Numbered from the stretch's first letter, positions 49,832 to 59,675 are shown. The stretch is 64,000 bases of DNA from Candidatus Dojkabacteria bacterium (GCA_050950145.1 JBMNHB010000001.1:556820-620819), one strand, 5' to 3'. Program-made: numbers and translations. The notes: a model not told the origin generated them from the sequence alone.

Positions 49832-50395
49832 TTACAGAAGTATTTCTGGAAGAATTGTATTTACAACATCATCAATTACTTCATCAAGTACTATCTGTTC
49901 ATCTTTTGTAAAATTCATCAGTACAAAATCTTCTCCAGGGATGTTTTTTTCAATTCTACTCTCAATTCCTACTCTTACTCTTTGAAACTTAGTTGTTTGA
50001 AGAATCTTTTCTACATCTGCTACTCCATTATGTCCTTTTGGAGATTTACTCTTTTGTATTTTGTATTTACCAAAAGGAATATCTAAATCATCATGAATTA
50101 GTATGAAGTTCTCTTCTAACTTCTCAATGTCATATTTTTTAATAACCTTACTTACTGCTTGTCCTGAGTTATTCATATATGTGAGAGGTTTTTGGAGTAT
50201 CGCTATAACCTTGGAACCTTGTTTAAGAAAGGACATCTCAGACATGAATGTTTTTTCTTCTTCCCAATCAGTTACGGTGTAGTTTTTTTGAAAAAGAAAT
50301 CTTTCTCTTAATCTGTCTAATACAAGAAAACCTACATTATGTCTATTCTTTTGATATTTTTTACCTGGATTGCCCAGCCCTGTTATTAATTTCAT
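49832..50395 (-). CDS. pth: peptidyl-tRNA hydrolase
   Basis: MKLITGLGNPGKKYQKNRHNVGF. Confidence 0.85.
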   Translation of the reverse strand: MKLITGLGNPGKKYQKNRHNVGFLVLDRLRERFLFQKNYTVTDWEEEKTFMSEMSFLKQGSKVIAILQKPLTYMNNSGQAVSKVIKKYDIEKLEENFILIHDDLDIPFGKYKIQKSKSPKGHNGVADVEKILQTTKFQRVRVGIESRIEKNIPGEDFVLMNFTKDEQIVLDEVIDDVVNTILPEILL

Positions 50396-50822
50396 TAAGT
50401 ATATTCTGCAATATATTCTCCTGTTTTACAAACATTTCTTCTTTTTCATTTTCTTTGGTAAATTCACTTACATGATTATATCCTAAAATATGTAGTATTC
50501 CATGAACAATATTTCTAAGTATTTCTTCTTGAAATTTTTCAATAGGAATGTTTTCTAAAATATATTTTGGACAAATATATACTTCTCCAACTAATGGCTT
50601 TGTATTAAGGGTGAATGATAACACATCTGTAACAGAGTCTATACCTCTGTACTGCATATTAAGGTCTTGTATATACTCCTTACTAGTAAAGATTATACCC
50701 ACACTAGAAATATTGTATTCAGAAAAGTGTTTTTTTAATATTTTTTCTAAATCAGAAGATGAGAAAGAAAGCTTAGGATAAAGCTTTTTTAATGTATTCC
50801 AATGCGATATTTCTACTAACAT
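50361..50822 (-). CDS. ybeY: rRNA maturation endoribonuclease YbeY
   Basis: HGILHILGYNH metal-binding motif. Confidence 0.8.
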   Translation of the reverse strand: MLVEISHWNTLKKLYPKLSFSSSDLEKILKKHFSEYNISSVGIIFTSKEYIQDLNMQYRGIDSVTDVLSFTLNTKPLVGEVYICPKYILENIPIEKFQEEILRNIVHGILHILGYNHVSEFTKENEKEEMFVKQENILQNILNEINNRAGQSR

Positions 50823-50824
50823 AT

Positions 50825-51271
50825 CTATGTGTCAAGGAGAGATTCAATAATATCTTTGACCATACCACCTTCTGCTTGCTCAGCTATTTCTTTCATTACT
50901 ACTCCCATTACCTTACCAAAATCTTTCATACCCTCAGCTTCAAGTTCTATTATCTTTGCCTTTACAACCTTCTTTATCTCTTCTTCACTCATCTGTTTAG
51001 GTAAGTACTCTTGAAGAGCTTCTAATTGCTTTGTTTCCCTATCTACAAGGTCCTGTCTTTTTGCTGCAGTAAACTGGACTATTGAATCTTGTATCTTCTT
51101 TACTTCTTTTCTAAGAACTTTTACTATCTCTTTATCATCTAAAGCTTCACCCTTCTCTATCTCAGCATTCTTGATAGCTGCTATAGCCATCTTAAGGATG
51201 TCTTCTTTTGTGGTATTACCCTCTTTTGTAGCAGAAAACATATCTTTTCTTAAAGTTTCTAACAAAGACAT
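50825..51271 (-). CDS. yqeY: GatB/YqeY-domain protein
   Basis: ~150 aa, helical, YqeY-like. Conserved position next to rpsU. Confidence 0.65.
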   Translation of the reverse strand: MSLLETLRKDMFSATKEGNTTKEDILKMAIAAIKNAEIEKGEALDDKEIVKVLRKEVKKIQDSIVQFTAAKRQDLVDRETKQLEALQEYLPKQMSEEEIKKVVKAKIIELEAEGMKDFGKVMGVVMKEIAEQAEGGMVKDIIESLLDT

Positions 51272-51291
51272 TGTGATGTATATAGCTAAAA

Positions 51292-51492
51292 TTATCTAGC
51301 TCTTCTTGCAGCAGCTCTTCTTCTTCTCTTTCTTTTTGCCCATTCTTTTCTTTTAGCAATTTCAAGATCTGCTTTTTTAATTCTGTATGTTTTGTTCTTG
51401 TATGTTTCAAGAATTTTTTCTCTTAGTACTTCTCTATGAAGTCTTTTGAGTGCACTATCTATATTTTCATTAGAATGTACGATAACTGACAT
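51292..51492 (-). CDS. rpsU: 30S ribosomal protein S21
   Basis: 66 aa with an Arg-rich tail (KRKRRRRAAARRAR). Confidence 0.8.
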   Translation of the reverse strand: MSVIVHSNENIDSALKRLHREVLREKILETYKNKTYRIKKADLEIAKRKEWAKRKRRRRAAARRAR

Positions 51493-51547
51493 ATTTACCT
51501 CCTTTAATTAATACAAAGGGATTATACCATAATATATTTAATTTGTA

Positions 51548-53476
51548 CTATCTTTTACTAATTCTTTTTTCAAATCTTGATCTGTTATTCTCTAACATCT
51601 TACCTCTTACTGATATTAGAGATTCTGTTATCCAAGACCATCCTAAGCCTAAGAAGAGTAAGATAGCTCCCATAATTACAATATTTCTTGAGTCATCAAA
51701 GATACCTGTTTCTGGAACTTTCTCAGATGGAGGCTCCCCTGGACAAGTACAATAGTCATTGCAAGTACTCTCTTGACCATATGCATTAGTACATACACTA
51801 CCTGGAGGATCACACTGTTCTCCAGGATCCAGATTACCATCACCACATAATGGATTAACAACATTACACCTTGCCTCTATACTAGCATTAGCTGTCAAAT
51901 CAGATCCTGTACTTGGCTTAGCTGTTACTACATTGTCATACAAACCAAATGCATCCTTCTTTACTGTAAATGAATATGATAACTCCTTAGAACCACCTGC
52001 TGCTATTTGGAATGAACCCCATGTAATTGTTCTATCTGTATGAGAATATACACCACCATCGGATATATCAGTTACAGAACCATCTACCACCTTAGAATCT
52101 AACTTATCAACTACACTAGTTATTGTTCCAGAGGCATCACCCTTGTTTGTAATGAGAATAGTATAAGTTAATTTAGCAATAGGGTTTTCTGTACCATCAT
52201 CTATACATTCTTCAACTACTTTTTTAGCTATGTCCCAAGCAGGATTCTTTTGGGCAACTATTGTAAATGGAAAATCTTTTTTACAAACATCTCCTCCTGC
52301 TCCATAGATGTCTTCCCAACTTATTCTAAGTATATATGCTCCTGGAGTAAGACAGAATGAGGATGTGTTTAAGGTTCCTTCAACAGTTATATTTTTTGCA
52401 TCGTTTGGTGGAGTTTTAGTAAAATCCGTTATTAGGCTTACAAGGTTTGTTTCTGTTACTTCTGCATTTCTTAAGCTTATTTTAATTCTATCTGCTTTTA
52501 CTCCATCTGTATCTCCTGTTTTATATCTGTATGTAAAAGAGTCTCTACAAGTTTCATATGAGCTAGCATTGGGTGTTACAGTTATTGCAGAGTCTGCATC
52601 TTTAGCATCACAAATATTCTCTTTTGGGCTATATTTAACTTCCTTACTACAAACACTTCCACTATTCCCTCCTATATCAACCCAAGAGATTTTTAAGATA
52701 TGTTCATCTGTATTACAGTTTTTATCTCCAGGGATTGTACCAGTTATTTTCTTTGTTTTTCCTACAACTACTTCATTGAAATTTATATTAACACCATCCA
52801 ATGTTACTGTTACTTTACCTACACCATCAGTATCACCTGCAGTATATGAAAAATCAACTTTTGCACAATAATTGGGAATAGTAGGAGAGAGAACTATATT
52901 ATCTTCAGCACCTACAGCATCACAGACATTATCTGCAGCTTTTTTAACACAATATATACGAAATAAATACGGATTTTCACATCCTTTACATACTGCTCCA
53001 CACTGCTGCATACATATTTTACTTGTCTTATCATTCTCACAAGAATTTGGTCTTTCCAAACCATTGTTTTTTAAAAATTCTGCTACCCTTTTAGCTTCTC
53101 CATTTACCATAGCCTCACAACTTGAATCAAATTGGAATTGCTCATATCCACTAGGACAAGGATTTGGAGTACATCCAGGGACAGCATCTTCACAGAGTGG
53201 AGGAAGAACGGTAGCAGTAGTACTATTACAAGGCCTACATGTACATTTATTATGCAAACACCAAGCCACTTGGGGCCAAATACAACTATACGAACATCCA
53301 CTTCCTTTCTCACACCACTCCGCTTCCGCCTCACTATCCGTAGGTGCTACTGTCTTCTGTTGATTAACTCTCCAAAGTAGATATCCACCTGTACCACCTA
53401 CTAATAGAAATAATATAAATAACAATATAATTGTAGTTTTCCTACTAGTATTAAACCTAATATTACTCATTATCAT
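51548..53476 (-). CDS. cell-surface protein, paralogue 2: N-terminal anchor, Cys-rich region, DUF11-type repeat, C-terminal PETG sorting signal
   Basis: N-terminus ...GGTGGYLLWRVNQQKTVAPTDSEA. C-terminus EKVPETGIFDDS, then a hydrophobic segment, then NNRSRFEKRISKR. Confidence 0.6.
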   Translation of the reverse strand: MIMSNIRFNTSRKTTIILLFILFLLVGGTGGYLLWRVNQQKTVAPTDSEAEAEWCEKGSGCSYSCIWPQVAWCLHNKCTCRPCNSTTATVLPPLCEDAVPGCTPNPCPSGYEQFQFDSSCEAMVNGEAKRVAEFLKNNGLERPNSCENDKTSKICMQQCGAVCKGCENPYLFRIYCVKKAADNVCDAVGAEDNIVLSPTIPNYCAKVDFSYTAGDTDGVGKVTVTLDGVNINFNEVVVGKTKKITGTIPGDKNCNTDEHILKISWVDIGGNSGSVCSKEVKYSPKENICDAKDADSAITVTPNASSYETCRDSFTYRYKTGDTDGVKADRIKISLRNAEVTETNLVSLITDFTKTPPNDAKNITVEGTLNTSSFCLTPGAYILRISWEDIYGAGGDVCKKDFPFTIVAQKNPAWDIAKKVVEECIDDGTENPIAKLTYTILITNKGDASGTITSVVDKLDSKVVDGSVTDISDGGVYSHTDRTITWGSFQIAAGGSKELSYSFTVKKDAFGLYDNVVTAKPSTGSDLTANASIEARCNVVNPLCGDGNLDPGEQCDPPGSVCTNAYGQESTCNDYCTCPGEPPSEKVPETGIFDDSRNIVIMGAILLFLGLGWSWITESLISVRGKMLENNRSRFEKRISKR

Positions 53477-53486
53477 ATTATATAAA

Positions 53487-54653
53487 CTATTTAATTCTTC
53501 TTTCTAACCTACTCCTTCTATTATCTCTAATATTCTTTTCTTTCTTTTCTTTAAAATTATCAGAAGTATTAGAAACAAATACATATGCCTTCTTAGGAAG
53601 TGTAGATATCCATGTCCATGCCAAACCTATTACAAGTATAACAGCACCAAAAATCATAGTATGTTTAGAATTATCAAAAATACCTGTATCAGGAACAGTC
53701 GTTGCTGCACCACCACAATCCACAGGACAATTCGCTTTATTCTCACCTTCAGAACATATACCATCTCCACAAGTTACTGGACAATCTCGTGGACAAGTAA
53801 TTGCATTCTCAGGAGGTATACATTTCCCATCTCCACAACCTTCACAATCTGTAGGACAATTATTAACATCCTCCCAAGGATCACATATATTATCACCACA
53901 AGACATTTTAAATTCTGCTTTTACAGTAATATTTGCTTGTACATTTGTATCTGTTCTAGTAGCTGTAGTTACTTTATTATCACTCCATTTATCAAATTTA
54001 TAATTTGTATCTGCTTTTGCTTCAACAGATGTACCATCTTTACCTTTTTCTACTGTTTGAGTTGCACTTCCTACTATACTACCACCAGTACCAGCAGTAT
54101 ATTTAAGTGTAAATTTCTCAACAGGAGCAGTTTCAAAAGTTGCAGTATATGTAGCATCTGCCTGTACATTACTATCTGTTCTAGTTGCTGTAGTTTTACC
54201 ATCACTCCATTGTTTAAATATATAACCTGTGTTAGGTTTGGCTTCAGAACCTATACTTCCTCCTGGATTTACTTCATTCTGCCCTGCATTCGTTACAGTA
54301 CCACCATCACCAGCATTATATGTTATATGATATTTTGATACACCACATGGGTATGTTTCTGTATCCGACCATGCACAACACGTTGTATCCGTACAACCAA
54401 CATTCTCTCTACCCTCTGAATCTCCCATTGGATTACACTGACCATTTGTATCTTTTGGTATATAACAATTAGCACCTGCTTTACACCTACGACACATCTT
54501 AGGTACATAGGCATCACTATCAGTAGGAGCTACAGTCTTAGGTTGATTAACTCTCCATAGTAGGTATCCTCCACCTCCACCTAATAATATTGCACCAATG
54601 ATAAGGACAATAACCATACCCTTACTCCCTACTTTAACATTCATATTACTCAT
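53487..54653 (-). CDS. cell-surface protein, paralogue 3: N-terminal anchor, two Listeria-Bacteroides-type repeats, three CxxxENxxNCPxDC repeats, C-terminal PDTG sorting signal
   Basis: N-terminus ...GGGGGYLLWRVNQPKTVAPTDSDA. Repeats YHITYNAGDGGTV...GYIFKQWSDG and FTLKYTAGTGGSI...NYKFDKWSDN. C-terminus TVPDTGIFDNS plus a hydrophobic segment. Confidence 0.6.
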   Translation of the reverse strand: MSNMNVKVGSKGMVIVLIIGAILLGGGGGYLLWRVNQPKTVAPTDSDAYVPKMCRRCKAGANCYIPKDTNGQCNPMGDSEGRENVGCTDTTCCAWSDTETYPCGVSKYHITYNAGDGGTVTNAGQNEVNPGGSIGSEAKPNTGYIFKQWSDGKTTATRTDSNVQADATYTATFETAPVEKFTLKYTAGTGGSIVGSATQTVEKGKDGTSVEAKADTNYKFDKWSDNKVTTATRTDTNVQANITVKAEFKMSCGDNICDPWEDVNNCPTDCEGCGDGKCIPPENAITCPRDCPVTCGDGICSEGENKANCPVDCGGAATTVPDTGIFDNSKHTMIFGAVILVIGLAWTWISTLPKKAYVFVSNTSDNFKEKKEKNIRDNRRSRLERRIK

Positions 54654-54668
54654 ATATTTAATATATAC

Positions 54669-55808
54669 TTAATTAAATAATTCTTTAATACTATCTATAT
54701 TAACAATATCTTTAATTATTATAAATAGTATCAAAATTATTAAAAAGATAAAACTAATATTAATTATCTTAGACTCTATCTTCTCATCTAACTCTTTCCC
54801 TACTATCCACTCTATCAAAAGTATAAAGACTCTACCACCATCAAGAGCCGGAATTGGGAGAAGATTTACTATAGCTAGGGAGACAGACAGATCAGCAACC
54901 ATACCTATGAAGGTAACTATCCCAAATTTCTTAAAGTAATCAATTACAAAATATATACCAACAGGACCAGAAACAGAATTAGAAAGCTCGGTATAATCTC
55001 CTGTTACTTTAGCTTGTGAGATAAGTCCCTTAAGTTTACTTCCCATCAATATCAAACTATTACGTATATGAGAAAAACCTGCAAAAAGCTTACTCTCTTT
55101 ATACGAAAGAATCACTATGTAATTGGATAGCATAAAAATACCAACCTTACCTTCATCTGAGACTTTAACATTGTAATCAGTACATATATCTTCCACACAA
55201 GCATTAATAGATACATATTCCCCCTTCTTTGACCGAATAATCTTCCCAACATCATCTGTATATTCAATTTTAATACCATTTACAGACTTAACTATTCCTT
55301 TCTCAGGTAAACCAGCTTCTTTAGCACTTCCTCCATCTATCAACTCATACTCAACATCTCCATCCCTCTCCCGATATATTGTCGCTCCAACAGGTTTAAA
55401 ATCTTTAAATTCTTGATTAAGTACTAACTCCCAACCATTTGAAGCTAAAACTATGTAATATATACTAATTGAAAGAAGAATATTCATAGTAACACCAGCA
55501 AGCATAACAATAATTCTCTGCCATTTAGGTTTCTTACTTAGATCTTTCTTCTTCTCTTCTTTTGAAATTTTTAGCTCTTCTGGATCTCCATCTCCAAGAA
55601 TTTTCACATACCCACCAAAAGGTAAAGCTCTAATGCTATACATTGTTTCTCCAATTTTCTTTGAAAAAAGCTTTGGACCAAACCCTATTGCAAATTCAAA
55701 TACCATTGCACCAATTGCTTTTGCTGCAATGAAATGCCCCAACTCATGAACAAAAGTCAAGATACTAATTATGAGAAGAAACAATAATATATTTACAACA
55801 ACAGACAT
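54669..55808 (-). CDS. rseP: RIP site-2 metalloprotease RseP (M50) with a PDZ domain
   Basis: HELGHF (HExxH). PDZ domain. LDGG motif near the C-terminus. Confidence 0.8.
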   Translation of the reverse strand: MSVVVNILLFLLIISILTFVHELGHFIAAKAIGAMVFEFAIGFGPKLFSKKIGETMYSIRALPFGGYVKILGDGDPEELKISKEEKKKDLSKKPKWQRIIVMLAGVTMNILLSISIYYIVLASNGWELVLNQEFKDFKPVGATIYRERDGDVEYELIDGGSAKEAGLPEKGIVKSVNGIKIEYTDDVGKIIRSKKGEYVSINACVEDICTDYNVKVSDEGKVGIFMLSNYIVILSYKESKLFAGFSHIRNSLILMGSKLKGLISQAKVTGDYTELSNSVSGPVGIYFVIDYFKKFGIVTFIGMVADLSVSLAIVNLLPIPALDGGRVFILLIEWIVGKELDEKIESKIINISFIFLIILILFIIIKDIVNIDSIKELFN

Positions 55809-55825
55809 TTCAATTGTATACTAGA

Positions 55826-56371
55826 TTAAATAGTTAAAAGATCTTTCTCTTTTTCGTCTTTAATTACTTCTATCTCTGCATTCGCATCCTTAACAATCTT
55901 CTCACCTTCTTCTCTTAACCTATCTGCCTCATCTTCAGACATACCACTTTTCTGTTGCTCATCTATTGTTTGCATAAACTTCTGTCTAACTTGTCTTACA
56001 GACACCCTTCCATCCTCTATTCTTTCTTTCATGATTTTTACATACTCCTGCCTTCTTTCTTCTGTAAGATCAGGAATTTTAACAAGAACCCTATCTCCTT
56101 CCATAATTGAAGAAAAACCAAGGTTTGCAGAACTTATCCCCTTATTGATATTTTCTAGAATTGTTTTATCCCATGGTTGAATAGCTATTGTTTTAGCGTC
56201 CATTACAGATATTGATGCAAGGTTCTTAACAGGAGATTGTGTCTCATATGCATTTACCAAAACATCTTCTACAAGCTCTGTTGTAGCTCTACCTGTTCTA
56301 ATTTGAGAAAGGTCCTCTTTAACATGTTCTACACACTTTGTGATATCTTCTTTGAATTGATTTATATCCAT
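55826..56371 (-). CDS. frr: ribosome recycling factor
   Basis: 181 aa. IRTGRA motif. Confidence 0.85.
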   Translation of the reverse strand: MDINQFKEDITKCVEHVKEDLSQIRTGRATTELVEDVLVNAYETQSPVKNLASISVMDAKTIAIQPWDKTILENINKGISSANLGFSSIMEGDRVLVKIPDLTEERRQEYVKIMKERIEDGRVSVRQVRQKFMQTIDEQQKSGMSEDEADRLREEGEKIVKDANAEIEVIKDEKEKDLLTI

Positions 56372-56446
56372 ACATATTTCCCAACAATATTATATGGATT
56401 AATTGTATACCAATGTAAGTATGTTGTCTACTAATTTAGAAGAAGG

Positions 56447-56507
56447 AAAGAAGAAAAATGAATACTCTAGTAGAGGAATGTTAAAAAACATTATTCCCCT
56501 ACTAGAG
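56447..56507 (-). terminator. putative intrinsic terminator downstream of the NDT-like gene
   Basis: ~17-bp stem (CCTCTAGTAGGGGAATAATG / CATTCCTCTACTAGAG), loop TTTTTTAA, followed on the minus strand by TATTCATTTTTCTT. Confidence 0.45.
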
Positions 56508-56519
56508 GTAAAAAATTGT

Positions 56520-56996
56520 CTATACACGAGTTTTAAGAAAACTTTCTAAATACCTGAAAGCTTCTTCTTGATTGTTGTATCCTTCCTGATATGGGAACTC
56601 AACAGTAAAACAACCCCGTAGAAGTCCATGCTTGTGATGTCCTTCCTTATCCATCGCTACAATGATATGTTTATCTGGAAATGCCCAAGCAATCTCACAC
56701 ATCGTACCAATAGAGGGTCTGGTCGCATCAGAAAGATCTGCCATAATGACATCACAGCTTCTAACAAGCAGATAATCTCTTTGTGCAATAGAATAATTGG
56801 TTGCCCCAATATTCATAGACTCTGCTCTTTCTTTTAGATTCGGTCTTACGAAATCTTTTTCTATCATAGGACGAACAATTTGACATTTCCCTTCAAATCT
56901 CTCCTTAATCTTAGAATAGTATTCTAAGATACTTTCGAAGTTACCACCACTTATTGGGTGAGCAAAGTACACCCTGTACAAGTCTTTAGAAGACAT
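56520..56996 (-). CDS. nucleoside 2-deoxyribosyltransferase-like protein
   Basis: YRVYFAHPISG plus DYLLVRSCDVIMADLSD...SIGTMCEIAWAF resemble the NDT-fold blocks (YLAGP.F; D..vvA.ld....GTafElG.A). Confidence 0.45.
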   Translation of the reverse strand: MSSKDLYRVYFAHPISGGNFESILEYYSKIKERFEGKCQIVRPMIEKDFVRPNLKERAESMNIGATNYSIAQRDYLLVRSCDVIMADLSDATRPSIGTMCEIAWAFPDKHIIVAMDKEGHHKHGLLRGCFTVEFPYQEGYNNQEEAFRYLESFLKTRV

Positions 56997-57045
56997 ATTA
57001 CCTCCTTATATGTGTATAGACAAATTCTTAAAGAACAAACAATCC

Positions 57046-57588
57046 TTATATCTTTTTCCCTATCATTGCCACTCTATACAAATTTTCTGCCACACTTACT
57101 ATCTCACCACTCTCATCTGAAGCTGACCACTCCATTTCTATTTCATATCCTTCTAGTGTTTCAACAATATTAACACCTTGACCTTCAGGGTTTTGTATAA
57201 AGGTATGTTCAGGATAATCATCTTTAATATTCTCCCACTCACGATTAAGACAAGCCTTCAGATGATTCTGCCAATGTCTGGGATTTATCAATGCCCTATC
57301 TGTCCAATCAGGATGAACCTCCTTTCTTTGTGCAAAATATTCACCAAAAGGAAACTTCAACAAAAGAATATGAATACTATTCATATCGTACTCTTCAGAA
57401 ATATGCTTTAGATTTGGAGGACAACCTTCCTTTTTTCCAAAGTTTGGACATCCTCGCTTATAATTATAGCATGGTTGTACACAAAGGCTATTAGCCGTAC
57501 TTATATCATGCGTAACTATCTGGGCGTTTTCAATAACTATGAAAGTTTTCTCAATGTTTTCTAATTCTACTTTTTCCCTAGTTCCCAC
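57046..57588 (-). CDS. hypothetical Cys-containing protein (possible metal-binding protein)
   Basis: Block CVQPCYNYKRGCPNFGKKEGCPP. 3' end overlaps the tsf start. Confidence 0.4.
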   Translation of the reverse strand: MGTREKVELENIEKTFIVIENAQIVTHDISTANSLCVQPCYNYKRGCPNFGKKEGCPPNLKHISEEYDMNSIHILLLKFPFGEYFAQRKEVHPDWTDRALINPRHWQNHLKACLNREWENIKDDYPEHTFIQNPEGQGVNIVETLEGYEIEMEWSASDESGEIVSVAENLYRVAMIGKKI

Positions 57589-58286
57589 ACTAAGATTCTA
57601 GTTATTTTAAGGGGCTCTCCAATCTTCTGTATTGTCTCATCTAACAACCCAGATATTGTTTTAGATTCATCCTTAAACCACTTCTGTTCTAAAAGACATT
57701 TTTCTGCAAGATACTTATTCAACTTACCTTCTACAATCTTCTCTAACATCTCTTTAGGTTTCTTCTCTTCTGCAAGTTCCTTTGTAAAAGTCTCTTTTAG
57801 ATCCTTTATCTTCTCCTCACCAATATCATCTCTTGAGATGAATTCTGGTTTCATAGCTGCAACTTGGAGAGCTACTTCATGAACGAATGCTCTAAAGTCT
57901 TCATTCTTTGCTACAAAGTCTGTCTTACAAGTAACTTCAGCTAATGCTACTAACTTTCTATCTGTACCGTGTACATATGCATCAATTACTCCCTCAGCTT
58001 TTCCATCTGTATCTCCTGCTACTGGATCATCCCAACCTCTCTCTTTGATAAGTTCAACTGCCTTCTCAAAATCCTTCTCTGCATCCTCATATGCTAATTT
58101 ACAAAGACCTATCTTTGCTCCTGTTAAGCTATGAAGTCTTCCTATAACATCACTTCTTTCATTAATATACTCAACAGCTTTCTTCATATCTCCCTTTGAC
58201 TTAACCAAAGCTTCCTTACAAAGAGCCATACCAGCTGAAGTCTTCGCTCTTAATACTTTAATATCATCAACAGTTACTTTTGCCAT
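57567..58286 (-). CDS. tsf: elongation factor Ts
   Basis: UBA-like N-terminus MAKVTVDDIKVLRAKTSAGMALCKEAL. Confidence 0.85.
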   Translation of the reverse strand: MAKVTVDDIKVLRAKTSAGMALCKEALVKSKGDMKKAVEYINERSDVIGRLHSLTGAKIGLCKLAYEDAEKDFEKAVELIKERGWDDPVAGDTDGKAEGVIDAYVHGTDRKLVALAEVTCKTDFVAKNEDFRAFVHEVALQVAAMKPEFISRDDIGEEKIKDLKETFTKELAEEKKPKEMLEKIVEGKLNKYLAEKCLLEQKWFKDESKTISGLLDETIQKIGEPLKITRILVWELGKK

Positions 58287-58304
58287 ATCTATTTCGTATT
58301 AAAA

Positions 58305-59441
58305 TTATTTAATTGCTTTCTGGATATCTTTTACTGCTTTCTCACCTATTCCCTTAATCTCTAAAAGTTCATCCTTTGACATCTTCTTTAATGCACTTAC
58401 AGATTTAATACCTGCTTCCCCTAAAGCTTTCACTATTCTTGCTGAAAGACCTAAATCGTCCATACCTTTTTTATCTTCCTTCTCTTTTACCTCTTCCGCC
58501 TTCTTTATCTCTGCATCAATATCTTTCTCTTTCTTAACAACTCTAATTACAGATGCTGATGCACCAGCAGATACTTTACCTTCTCTTAATGCTTTCATTC
58601 TCTCCCTATCCTCTTCTTCCATCTTAGCCTGCCTCTCCTTCTCTTCCTGTGCATCTTTTGCCAACTTTGCTAACATAGCTTCATTATCTCTTCTAAGAGA
58701 TATTACAGAGAGTGAGTTCTTTGATTTACCAACTACATCTCCAAACAGATTTACAAACAATGAAATACTCTTTAGAGAGTCATCATTTGCTGGAATTGGA
58801 TAATCAATGATATCAGGATTACTATTTGTATCAATTAGTGAAATGATTGGAATATGCATATTCCTTGCTTCCTTAATTGCATTCTTCTCAACTTCACTAT
58901 CTATTACAATCACTGCCTCTGGAAGTTTATCCATAAACTTAATACCGTTGTACATTCTATTCAATCTCTCAGCATCTCTTTGAAGTAGTAATATCTCTTT
59001 CTTAACTAAGCCTTTTCCTCCTCTAGCGATCTCTTCCTCCATCTTAACCAATGACTGTACACTCTTCTTAATTCCATCAAAGTTGGTAAAAAGACCACCT
59101 GGCCATCTTCTATTTACATAGAACATACCACTCTTCTTTGCTACTTCTTCAACAATTGTAGCTGCTTGTCCTTTAGTTCCAACAATTAAGATATTACCTT
59201 TATTAGCAAAACCTTCAAGCTTAGTTAAAGCTTCCTCAAGCATATCTAATGTTTTAACTAAATCTATAATATGAATACCGTTTCTTACTTCATAGATATA
59301 CTTCTCCATTCTAGGATCCCATGCACTCTTTTTATGACCAAAGTGTGCACCTACCTTAAGTAAATCTAAAAGCTCGGGCATTTGAAAACTTTTGTTTTTA
59401 GTCTCTGTTTTCTCTAAGACCTCTTTTTTGGCGTCTGCCAT
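58305..59441 (-). CDS. rpsB: 30S ribosomal protein S2 with a ~130-aa KE-rich plus helix-hairpin-helix C-terminal extension
   Basis: VGAHFGHKKSAWDPRM S2 core. C-terminus ...LGLSARIVKALGEAGIKSVSALKKMSKDELLEIKGIGEKAV (HhH-like). Confidence 0.85.
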   Translation of the reverse strand: MADAKKEVLEKTETKNKSFQMPELLDLLKVGAHFGHKKSAWDPRMEKYIYEVRNGIHIIDLVKTLDMLEEALTKLEGFANKGNILIVGTKGQAATIVEEVAKKSGMFYVNRRWPGGLFTNFDGIKKSVQSLVKMEEEIARGGKGLVKKEILLLQRDAERLNRMYNGIKFMDKLPEAVIVIDSEVEKNAIKEARNMHIPIISLIDTNSNPDIIDYPIPANDDSLKSISLFVNLFGDVVGKSKNSLSVISLRRDNEAMLAKLAKDAQEEKERQAKMEEEDRERMKALREGKVSAGASASVIRVVKKEKDIDAEIKKAEEVKEKEDKKGMDDLGLSARIVKALGEAGIKSVSALKKMSKDELLEIKGIGEKAVKDIQKAIK

Positions 59442-59575
59442 ATTTGTATTCCTTTCCTTTTAATTAATATTTCTGAAGGATATCTCTATCCAGGATTGGT
59501 CAGAAATATATGAGATATATATTAAACAGCTTGAATTATACTAGGACTATTCTCTTTTTGCAACCAAACAGACCA

Positions 59576-59656
59576 ACAGACCTGGTCTGTAAGATTATCC
59601 GTACCAGTAAAGGACAGAGAGGTCATTTTTAAGGTTTTTTAATCTTTTTATAGGAT
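59576..59656 (-). promoter_or_regulatory. palindrome-bearing promoter element (family copy) upstream of rpsB-tsf
   Basis: ACAGACCTGGTCTGT plus the tail ...GGTTTTTTAATCTTTTTATAGGA. TAGTATAAT (-10) lies downstream on the minus strand. Confidence 0.5.
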
Positions 59657-59675
59657 AGTAAAAAGAGAGGAATTA

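Noticed and set aside
53661-54338. 225-aa plus-strand Cys/Ile/Thr-rich ORF
   Set aside because: It is antisense to the surface-protein gene 53487-54653 and a low-complexity artefact of its Cys/Thr codons.
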